64,000 bases of DNA from the human T2T-CHM13v2.0 reference genome, Homo sapiens, in NCBI RefSeq assembly GCF_009914755.1, contig NC_060933.1, one strand, 5' to 3'. How positions within the stretch are numbered: position 1 is the stretch's first letter; every line of letters starts with the position of its first letter. The notes beneath the pieces were generated by a model, which saw only the letters and a list, made by a program, of their open reading frames with translations, did not search any database and was not told the origin of the DNA. The position numbers and the translations under genes were made by a program. Shown here one piece after another: positions 40,394-50,780 of the stretch.

Positions 40394-40883
40394 GTGTCAC
40401 ATGGGATTGCATTAGCTACTGCAACCAACAAATAAAAACAGCAACCACTTAAACAGATAGGTTTTTTTCGCACAGCAAGAATTCTGGGATCCAGGGTTAT
40501 TAAGGTGGCTTAATGTTATCAGGGACATTCTGGCTCTTTCCACCTTTCATATCTGCTATCCTCAGCATCTAGGCCTTCTCCTCTTGTTTGTGACCTAGTG
40601 GTCTCAAAAAGGCTGCTTTGCCTCAAGACCTTAAAACTATATCCCAACTAGAAAGAATGAAGAAGGATAAGGAGGCTTTTTCTTTTAATTCAAGATTAGA
40701 AGATCCTTCCCCCTTACCTTCTAGCTATATCTCAGTGGCCAGAGTTATGTCACGAGCCCACACTTAGTTTCAAGAGGTGCTGGGAAAAAGTATATTGGAT
40801 CCTTTCCATCCAGGGTAGAGGAAGACAAAGGAAAGGGGGTTTGTGAATGGATTTTGAACAGCCAATCTACAATATCTGCCAAA
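40394..40883 (-). mobile_element. Old MLT1 (J/K-like) solo LTR
   Basis: tctgctatcctcagcat, cagtggccagagttatgtcacgagcccacacttag and end tctgccaaa. Confidence 0.7.
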
Positions 40884-41518
40884 GGTCAGACAGAGGTCCT
40901 TAGACAGAGAGCAGTAAAGCTATTTCAAAAGATGGTATTAATCTATGATGTCATAGGATTACAATTTATTTAGCTTTTCTGAAAGTTCAAAAACTCTTGC
41001 TGATTCAGATCATTAATTTAGTGAGGAATTGGGTTGGTGGAATATTAGGGTATCTTTCATGAACAAAGGAATTTCTAAATTAATGACTAGTGGAAACAAG
41101 ATGGGTGGTAGGAATCATATATCACCATCTTAGGAAACAAACTTTTTAAGCATTTTCAAAGGAAACTCATGAAAACAATTGATGAATCATATAATCTTAA
41201 ATTATTTTTTTCTTTTGGGTAAGGCTGAATTACCCCCTACTTGCCAAAACATGCTGGAAATGTTTTATTGGCTTAATTTTGATTCCTTTATATATATGAA
41301 AGTAATAAAGCTGCATTTCTTTAAATATATTTCCTAACTTAGAGCTTTCATAAATTCACACTGGCTTTTATTTCTAGTCTTAATAAATTAGATTCTACCG
41401 CATATTGAATATACCCTGTTAAGTATATTGAAACAGTACGATGTTCACTGAAGGAGGAAGCTTAACATGGGAAAAATTAAAGAAATAAAGAGAGCATCAG
41501 GCAGGTGGTTGCATTACC

Positions 41519-41740
41519 CAAAGGTGAGCAAATTACAGCCCCTGGGCCAGATCTCACCTGCTATCTATTTTTCATAAATTTAAGTTTTACTGGAACACAC
41601 CGACTCATTTCTCACATGTTGTCTATGTTGCTTTCATACTACAATGGCAGAATGAGCAGTTGTGGCAGAAATGGAATGACCTGAAAATTTGAAAATTATT
41701 TACTATTTGTCCCTTTGCAGAAAAAGTTTGGTGATACCTG
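41519..41740 (+). mobile_element. MER58A MITE
   Basis: gcaaattacagcccctgggccagatc...ccctttgcagaaaaagtttggtgatacctg. Confidence 0.85.
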
Positions 41741-41837
41741 CATAACTAGTTATGGGGGATTCCGTGAAAGCTGAACACAGTGACTGGATCCCTCTTCTCT
41801 TCATGTGGAAATTACTTTAATGTTTAAGTAAAGTAAC

Positions 41838-42250
41838 ATAATAATTACTATTATTATTACTATAATAATGTATATATAATATATATATTATATATACTAT
41901 ATATTATATATATTATATATACTATATATACTATATATTATATATAATATATATACTATATATTATATATTATATATACTATAATAATATATATATTATA
42001 TATTATATATTATATATACTATAATATATATATTATATATACTATAATAATATATATATTATATATTATATATACTATAATATATATTATATATACTATA
42101 ATAATATATATATTATATATTATATATACTATAATAATATATATATTATATATTATATATACTATAATAACATATATAATATAGTAATAATTATTATTAC
42201 TATAATAATTACTAATTACTATTAATATTTACTATTAGTAAAATATATAA
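41838..42250. repeat. AT-rich minisatellite / (TA)n-derived low-complexity tract
   Basis: About 410 nt of almost pure A/T with a recurring unit like tatatatactataataatatatatattata. Confidence 0.97.
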
Positions 42251-42303
42251 AGTAAAATGTAGCAGTAGTGTGTTCAGGACTCCTGGGTATGAGCCATTGG
42301 GAC

Positions 42304-42668
42304 TGTCTTAGTCTTGCCGCTATAACAAAGTATCACAGACTGGGTGGTTGATAAACAACAGAAATTTATTTTTCACAGTCCTGGAGGCTGGGAAGTCCGA
42401 GATCAAGGCACCAGCAGATTCATTGTCAGGTGAGGGCCCATTTTCTGGTTCGTAGATGGCACCTTCTCATTGTGTCTTCATCTGGTGGAAGGAGCGCATG
42501 AGCTCCCTTGGGCCTCTTTTGTGAGGACATTAATTTCATTCATGAGGGCTCCACCCTCATGACCTAGTTATTATACCTCCCAAATGCCCCACCTGTTAAT
42601 ATCATCACACTGGGAATTAGGTTTCAGCATATGAATTTTAGGAGGACACACACATTCAGACCATAGGA
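42304..42668 (-). mobile_element. MLT1A0-like solo LTR (ERVL-MaLR)
   Basis: tgtcttagtc...ggaggctgggaagtccgagatcaagg...catgagggctccaccctcatgacc...cattcagaccatag. Confidence 0.9.
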
Positions 42669-43164
42669 GGGGTATTAATTTTCATATCAAAACAATGGGT
42701 TCTGTTTCTGTCTTCAGCTTTAGCCTGTCATGAAAGATGGTCTCACCATATTGTATTTCATTCTAGCACTGAGTCTGCTGCTGACACAATGACAGGGGCC
42801 CTGAGTCTGCCCTTGGCTGGCCCTGTGCCCTGGAGCAAGTTACTTAACCTCTCAGAAACTTACCTTCCTTATGTCCTAAGTGAAAGGGTGATATTGACTG
42901 AAGAAAATGGGCTATAGGGTCTCCAAATTTCCTTTCTTCACAAAAGTTCCCGGATACAGTGATAAGACAGCCTATTTCTTATCTGACACAGATGATTATT
43001 TTTATTTACAATCTCAACCTGAATTGTCTTTTCCGTTTGGTGCGTATGTTGACCAGTGTGTCCTAACAAAGTAGATCTGTTTCATTCATTTGCAACTCTT
43101 TGTGAACATAAAGCATTTGCCACTTCAAGGACAAAAGCTGAGACCTAGGTCTGCAGATAATGGA

Positions 43165-43214
43165 AACAGCTGATATTTACTGAACACCTGCTATATGCCA
43201 GACACTTCTAAGTG

Positions 43215-43258
<44 letters not shown>

Positions 43259-43410
43259 TTATTTAATCTGCACATTAGCCCCAAATTAAGTATTATCATT
43301 AGCTCCATTTTATAGGCAAGAAAACTGAGGCAACTTGCCCAAGGTCACACAGTCATTTGGGTATTCCACCTTCAGGGCCCATTCTTTCAACCACTCTTCT
43401 TTCTGCCTCT
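43165..43410 (-). mobile_element. MIR with embedded (TA)n
   Basis: atttactgaacacctgctatatgccagacac...aaactgaggc...ttgcccaaggtcacacag. Confidence 0.85.
43216..43256. repeat. Perfect (TA)20 microsatellite
   Basis: Read directly from the sequence. Confidence 0.98.
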
Positions 43411-44518
43411 CAGTGGGTCAGGCTTTAGCACAGTGGCTGTTCTCCATCTTCACATCAATCAAGGGGAAAAACAGGTATGAGAGATGCAGGTTGGCATTCC
43501 TAGAAATTATGACACTTGAAAATTAGAACAAGACTTTCATTCACCAAAGATCTACTCTGTGCCTTCAAGATCATGCTTCAAGGCTCCTTTTCTCAGCCTG
43601 CTGTTCTCCTAAGTCAGATAAAAAAAAAATTAGGATGATAGTGGCAATGCAGGTTGGAAACTGGGTCATTTTTCTGAAATCATCTTTCTTTGCCAATGCC
43701 ATTTTTGAATTCTTTCTGAGAATTAAAAAACAAACAAGCAAACAACCGATGTGGAACAATCTGTGGCAGATGGTTATTTCAGCTCTAGGTGAGTTTTTGT
43801 CATTATATTCTGGGAAGTGGAAATTATTACTTTAGATAATCATCTGTTATTTTAGTGAACTGCCAGCTAGGAACTATTGTAGCTATACGGGTTTAGGATG
43901 GGGATTTTTTTTTTTCCTAGAGATTAGGACATAAATTATTTTCATTTGAATTCTGTGGAATTTTTGATGTTCAGCATGGGAGGGCATTTTCACTATAGTT
44001 CCTTGCTATGAGAATGATCTCTGGCATAGAAGAATTGGTATTCCGTGCCATTCTACTGAATATAAACAAGAAATCTAACAGTTCAGTTGGGGGTGGGAGA
44101 GGTGAGATGAAATTAGGCTTAAAGAACAAGTTAGCCCACTTTTCAAGGTTTAGCTTCCCCTGGAAAATACAGCAATAAACATCTAAACCATGGTATTCAT
44201 TACCAACGCAAGTCCCTAATTAATTTATTTTATGTTAATTAAGTTTATAATTATATAGTAAAACATTTACTTTCTCCCTCAAGAAATTGACTGAATCTTC
44301 TGAAGGGGCTTTGTGACTGTAATTTAGGTGCAATTAGCCAGTTAAATTTAGTTAGGGTTTGGTTCATTTAGCTGCTGCCGGAAGATGGAAACAGGCACTG
44401 TCTCAGAAGCAAGCCTGGATAGAGAGTATGTGTTCCTGGAGGCACTCCTCTCGCCTTTGGACAGCTAGTTCTGTTGTCTAGAACAACTGGAAGCCGAAGC
44501 TCTATCAAGATATAGTTT

Positions 44519-44815
44519 CTTTCTTTTTTTTTTTTGAGACGGAGTCTCGCTCTGTCGCCCAGGCTGGAGTGCAATGGCATGATTTAGGCCCACTGCAACC
44601 TGTGCCTCCTGGGTTCAAGTGATTCTTCCGGCCTCAGTCTCCGGAGTAGCTGGGATTACAGGCACCTGCCATCACACCAGCTAATTTTGTATTTTTGTAG
44701 AGATGGGGTTTTACCATGTTGGCCAGGCTGGTCTTGAACTCCTGACCTCAGGTGATCTGCCTGCCTCGGCCTCCCAAAGTGCTGGGATTACAGATGTGGG
44801 CCACCGTGCCTGGCC
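44519..44815 (-). mobile_element. Alu (AluSx-like)
   Basis: Full dimer. TSD aagat(a/g)tagttt at 44507-44518 and 44816-44827. Confidence 0.97.
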
Positions 44816-45158
44816 AAGATGTAGTTTTATAATTACCACCTATGTGTATATTCCTCAGTCGAGGAATGCAGAGTCAATTCCACAATAAAGGATAGAGGCA
44901 AACCCCTTTTGCAAAACATTTCCTTGTGGTCCCAGAATTGGAACTAAAGCCATGGAACAGTTCTCAGACCCTTTCTACCATGGGTGTGAAATCACTGGCA
45001 TTTGCCAGCATTCAGACACAGAGTGATATCAGCAGCCAGGACCCACCATTTGGCTGGAAGGACATCTTACCTCCCGAGAGGGGTCAAGAGGGCATGAGCC
45101 CACCCTGTAGGTCTCTCAAGCTGGGGTTCTGGGGCCTTCCTCCAGGAACCTAAAGACT

Positions 45159-45260
45159 TCTTTCAGTTTGGGCCACCCTTTTCCAGGAGGAAATTGGAAT
45201 TTTGGGGCCACTCTTTCAGTTTGGGCCACCCTTTTCCATGGGGAATTGGAATTTTTGAGC
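45159..45260 (+). repeat. Tandem duplication, period 53 bp, two copies
   Basis: tctttcagtttgggccacccttttcca is identical at 45159-45185 and 45212-45238, and each copy is followed by a similar ggaattggaatttt segment. Confidence 0.92.
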
Positions 45261-45720
45261 AAAGTTCCTTTCCATGACTTTTTGCTTCATAACTCATGAC
45301 AAAGAATGTGTTTTGGCCCATGATTTACAATGCAATTGATGTGATCATTTGCAGTGGCTGCTGAGCTACTGCAGGCAGGGTTGGTGTTCACTGCTCGTGC
45401 CTGCGAATGGAAAGCTGGAAGGCACTGAGGTACTCACATTAGTTCTGGTTATCAGAACCTGTTAGATTTTTTTTCATCTCTATTGTAAAGTTGGATAACT
45501 GAGGTTCAGAGAGGTCCCCTCACTTGGCCAGCATCACATAGCTCAGGAGGGAAAGGGATAGGATCCAAACGGGTGTTTCTGGTTTTAGACTGCTTCTTGC
45601 TGCCTAACCAGCGGCAGGTGGGTTTCTTTCAGGCATCACTGTAGAAATGAATCCTTTAGCACGAAATGCGTGGAATGACTGTACTTTTTAAAATTCAAAT
45701 TCCAGTGGTACTAGTTAGTA

Positions 45721-46090
45721 CAGACAGTCCCTGACTTAGGATGGTTCAACTTAGAATTTTTTAACTTTATGATCATGCAGTGGTGATGAGCATTCAGTAG
45801 AAAGTGGTTCGGTATTCTCCTGTGACGCTGAGCAGGGGCAGCAAGCCACATCTCTCAGTCAGCCACAGGATTCAGAGAGTAAACAACTGAGACCCTACAA
45901 GGTTTTGTGTTGCCGGGTGATTTTGCCCGGTTGTAGGCAAATATAAGTGTCTGAGCAGTTTTAAGGCAGGCCAGGCTATGCTATGATGTTTGGTAGGCTA
46001 GGTGTATTAAATACATTTTCAACGTACTATATTTTCAGCTCATGATGGGTTTATTAGGACATAATCCCATCATCAATTAAAGAGCTTCTG
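45721..46090 (-). mobile_element. Tigger4b-like (TcMar-Tigger) element
   Basis: ta|cagacagtccctgacttaggatgg...ctatgatgtttggtaggctaggtgtattaaatacattttc...gatgggtttattaggac. Confidence 0.88.
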
Positions 46091-49000
46091 TTTAGTTCTG
46101 GGATCTTGGACAGTTAAATGATGGATGGTAAATGGCCATAATTGTGATGAATGAAAGGAAAATTAATATATAATCCAGTCATTCCTGCTATACCCATGTA
46201 ATTACACTGTGTCTTTTCATCTATGTGACATTTTAAATTTTTTACTGCTTTCGCAGAAGGAAATGCATTTGTCCATCACATGTTTTTCAAGGCCTCTTGT
46301 TCTTTAAGGAGATGATGATTCCTTTTTTAAGCTAAGAATTTGCATCGGGTTATGAAGTAGATCGCCTTTTCCTTTTAATCACTTTGACTTAGCCAACAAC
46401 TTCCTGTAAGTTTTGGAAAACATCTCTTAAAATAATGTCAGATGTTTTGGGTACATTAAATTTTTATTTTAAAAAATCTAAAATGCATTTTTTTTCCAGT
46501 GTCTTAGGTCTGGTTGATTTTTAGCATGGTCACCATAATTTCTAACCAAGCTGTTATATTTGGAATGCCTTAGCTGGCCCTCCATACTTTAAAAAGAAAA
46601 ATAAACTGCGAAATCTGGTGTGTGTATATAGAAATTTATGCCCTTTAGAATCCAGGGTTTTCCTCATATATAAATTCCACTTGAACCAAAGAATTATGAA
46701 GGGACTTCCTGCGCTCCAACATGAAGGAGTCGAGGAGAAGAGAGAATCCTTCAGAAAGAGGTGTTGCTGTGTGAAACCACTGAGGTTGGCACACGCCCCG
46801 CTGCTGTAAGACATTGTTGAGCATTAGGAAAGACAGTGAGGTGGGATGACTTAGCAGCATGGGCTTATTCCAAAATGAGCTCTTTGAGCAAATAAAAATG
46901 TCCCTGACAGCAGAGGCTTCTAGAACTGTGGGTTAATTTAACTCAAGTGAGGGGTTCTGTTGGCTGCCTCAGTCGGAACATATATAAGGCTGTGACCCTG
47001 GGATTGGCTTTGCACTTTTCAAGTTTCCTATTGAGAATCTGCTTTCAGATAGAGTAAGCTCTCTGTTTTAATGGGGCTTTTTGAAATGGGTCACCTGCTA
47101 AGCTTAAGGAGTGTGCATAGTGATCTGCCGTTGACAGTATCCTGAGGGTGCCACCAGATGTGGAAAAGCTTTAGGAGCGTGGATTCTGTGCTCATGACGT
47201 GAATGAGTGGGTTCTCTTGAAGACTGATGAACAATTCAGGGATCTGCCCTTATAAACCTTGCTGGGATAAGACACGATCACTGGGGTTTAAGTTGGGTAT
47301 GCCTCCCAGGATCTGATCTATGACTTTCAATTTCTCTTACAGAGAAATGTCAATTAATGCCCCAGGTGGACTGACAAAGGGCAGGATGATCACCATTTCA
47401 ACCTAAGCTTCCCCAGATACCAACAGAGTGCCAAATGAGTCTGTGCCCACCCTGCTGTGGAGGAGAGGCACATTTTAATTCTCACTGTAGCTAGGTAATG
47501 TCTGAGATGATGGAAGTTCTACTAATGGTTGCTCCTGGGAACAGGCACTAGAGAAAAAGGGGATGTCTGGGTAAAGAACCTTCTTTCTTCCTCATAATCC
47601 TCCTCTGTTTTCAAGTTTGGGCACATCCATTTCTTTGGTAAAAAGCTGAAGCCAGAGAAGTGTCTTTGAAGCCTGGAAGCTCCCTGCTCTGTGGCCACCC
47701 TCCCCATCAGGGGTCACACATCTGCCTGCAGCAGCGTCAGAAGCAGATATGCGGCCCTACCTTGGTCTGGGAGCAGGAGCTGGAGCAGTGGGCTGTTAAT
47801 GTCCTCACTTGTGGGGGTGGGCAGTGAGGAGGAGGCAATAAGGCAGCAGCACATGGGGAGAGGGATACCCTCCGTGGGTCTGGGGATGACCACTTGAACT
47901 AGGTTCCTTGAAAAGCCACAGTTCAGTCCTCTGAATGAGGACTTCAGCAGTTTCACCTTGTGGGCTCCAGATCATAGGATGTTGGCCTACCTTCCAAGAA
48001 GTCCCTGGCCAAACGGAACCCAGGCCTTGCATTTTATCCCACTCTCAGGCAGAGTTGGGTAATTCATGTTTTTTGTAGTCAGTTCATGGGGATTATTAGC
48101 CCCACATATGTATGTTTCGCATTCCGGAATACTTGCTGCTTAGCTGAGGTTTCATTATCTTTTGCTCTTAGCTAATTTAAATGGAGATGGGATTTATCAG
48201 GTACCTGTATTCAAGTGAGGGTAATTTGTTTGACCCTCTTCTAGCTTAATTGGTACTGCTGGTGGATTTGACTTTTGGGACTTGCAGCAATAGGCAGAGA
48301 CATCGGCCACACATAAGCCCCCCTGATTGTTGCTATCTTAACACGAATCCTAAATGTTAAAGATCTCCAAACTCTATTTCTGAAGTATTGCTTGGGATGC
48401 CTGATGAAAAAGTGTTGCTTCATGACAAATTTTATTTTCACCTACACTCTTTCTTCTAGGGTCAGCTTAAACTTGGACCTGGATTTATCTTCCTGTTTTG
48501 GAGGCTTATTATCTCTATTTTTACTCTTCAATAATTGTGTTCAGTCTCTGAACATGCTTGAGGGGTCTGAGGCGCATCAATACCAACCACTTTAAAAAAA
48601 AATTTCTCCTCCTCCTCTTCCTCTTTCTATCTCTTGATTTTCATCTCCCCCACAATCATTATCGTCATCCTCACACAGGCACTGGCTGACCTATGTGTAC
48701 TTCTTTTATGTGTTTTGTTGTACATTATTTACTTTGTACAAATTGATTCCCAGATCCACTTTGGTCAATGGCCTACAGTTTCAGCCAAAATTGGGCAGAG
48801 CCAAGCAACTCACATTGTGTATATCTGAGGTTCTTGCAGATTTTATATAGTTATAGGTTGAATTGGGTAATGGATTTATATCATTAACCTCTTGTTTGGA
48901 CTCTGTAAGTTTCAGCACTCTGGCTTCATATACTATAAAGAACTGGCTAGAGTATTTTGACGAAAATAAATTGAGGCACAAGATCTATGGTGGCAGCAGC

Positions 49001-49944
49001 AACTGCATACTCTTCTGTGATGACATATATTGCTTATCTGTACTGACTATTTGAATCACTGATAAGCCCCTCTAGACTTAGAATTGTGGAATGACATCTT
49101 TAAGAAAATGTCATTTCACTCTACAGATATCGACCCTATAGATTTTTCAATATATGTTTATTGAAGCAAGACAGAAAGGCTAGACACACCCCAGGAGAAC
49201 AATAGATTAATTTGGGTGTCTCCATGTGGTAGTAGTAAAGCCTTTTGAGCATCTGAGTACCTCTCAAACCACAAATTCTTCTTTCTTTTTCTCTACTCCA
49301 CTTAAAGCAATTTTAGGTGATTCTGTGGATGGGGCAATGGTATCAGTCTTTGGATGCATTCCCCATCCTCTGTGAAGTCTCTGAAATGGTAGTTGTTGAG
49401 TCCTCGGACACTTGTCATCAGAGCCTGCTGATTAGAGCACATTCCCCTTAGAATTGTTGAGTTTTAACTGTGCAATAACTTTGGCTTTCCTTACAAATTC
49501 CAGCTTTGCCAAGTGTGCTTTCTACTTTCATTTTCAGCTCATAATGAAACTTCATTTTGCAACATCAGACCAGAGCTTTTCCTTTAAAAGCCTTCCTGAC
49601 CATCTCAGTAATTTTAGTTTTTCACCTCCAGCTAATAAATGGACCACGTTTTTTTCCCTTTGTCCCGCATACACTACTGTAACTTTGATCAAAGTGAGAA
49701 TTAGAATAAACCAAGTCTAGCACCTTTTCCCCAGTAGATTAAAATGCTCCAGGAAGTACTCACTGTGTGTCCACGTGTCTAACTCTGCAGCCTTCACTAT
49801 ACTTCTGAGAAAAATGTGATTTTGTACTGGAAGCTTTGGAATGCCTGGACTCACCCAGTTGCCAATGAGAAGCAGTAGATCCTGCATTGTGTTGCATCCT
49901 TCATTCTCCTTCAATTCAGTTGGGTTGTTGAGTACACTGAAGTT

Positions 49945-50364
49945 TGCTATGGTTTGAATGTTTGTCCCCTCTGAAACTCATGTTGAAACTTAACCCCCAA
50001 TGTGGCAGTATAGAGAGTTGAGGCCTTTAAGAAATAATTGGGTCATGAGGCCTCTGCCCTCATGAATAGATGGGTTCATTCATGGATCAGTGGATTAATG
50101 GATTGTCACAGGAGTGGGACTGGTGGCTTTATACAAAGAGTAAGAGACAGCTGTACTAGCACACTCAGCCTCCTGGGCATGTCATGCCCTGTACTGCCTT
50201 TGAACTCTGCAAAGATTTCCCACCAGCAAGAAGGCCCTCACAAGATACAGCCCCTTGACCTTGGACTTGTCAGCCTCCATAACTGTAAGAAATAAATTCC
50301 TTTTCTTTATAAATTACCCAGTTTCAGATATTCTGTTATAAGCAACAGAAAACAGACTAAGACA
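49945..50364 (+). mobile_element. MSTC-like solo LTR (ERVL-MaLR)
   Basis: tgctatggtttgaatgtttgtcccctc...caccagcaagaaggccctcac...agcaacagaaaacagactaagaca. Confidence 0.92.
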
Positions 50365-50429
50365 AATAAAACTCAACATTTAGACCTTACTATTGTGAAA
50401 CCAAAAATGCCTTCAGCTCTTGGTATTTG

Positions 50430-50780
50430 TGTGAGGCCATGTTGAGCATAGAAAATGTATAGATGTGCTCCCTCTGTCCTCCTGTGGGATGAAGTCTGAG
50501 ATGGAGGGAAATCAAAATAAAATAAACACAAGTTTTAAAAGGTACAAAAGAAGGTCCATGAGTGGAAGTGAATGCTTCAGAAGTTTAGAGGAGGGTGAAG
50601 TAGGTACTTGCAGGAGAAGGCTTTTGCACTGGATCTTGAAGAATAGTCTGAGCGTCTCAAAGGAGAGCTCATTTGGTGGGAGGAGATCCAGGAGAAGGGA
50701 TAATATGTGGACAAAGTAAATCCTTGGGAAGCAAAAGGGGTGTTTTAGGGATGTTTAAGCAACTTCTGGATTGAGCACAG
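50430..50780 (-). mobile_element. L2 fragment
   Basis: Purine-rich, with ctggatcttgaagaatag and ccaggagaagggataatatgtggacaaag. Confidence 0.55.

Noticed and set aside
45159-45260. Repeat-spacer-repeat pattern as a CRISPR-like array (also 14674-14724)
   Set aside because: There are only two copies, the context is a primate intron, and no cas genes are present. At 45159 the 'spacers' also resemble each other. These are simple local duplications.
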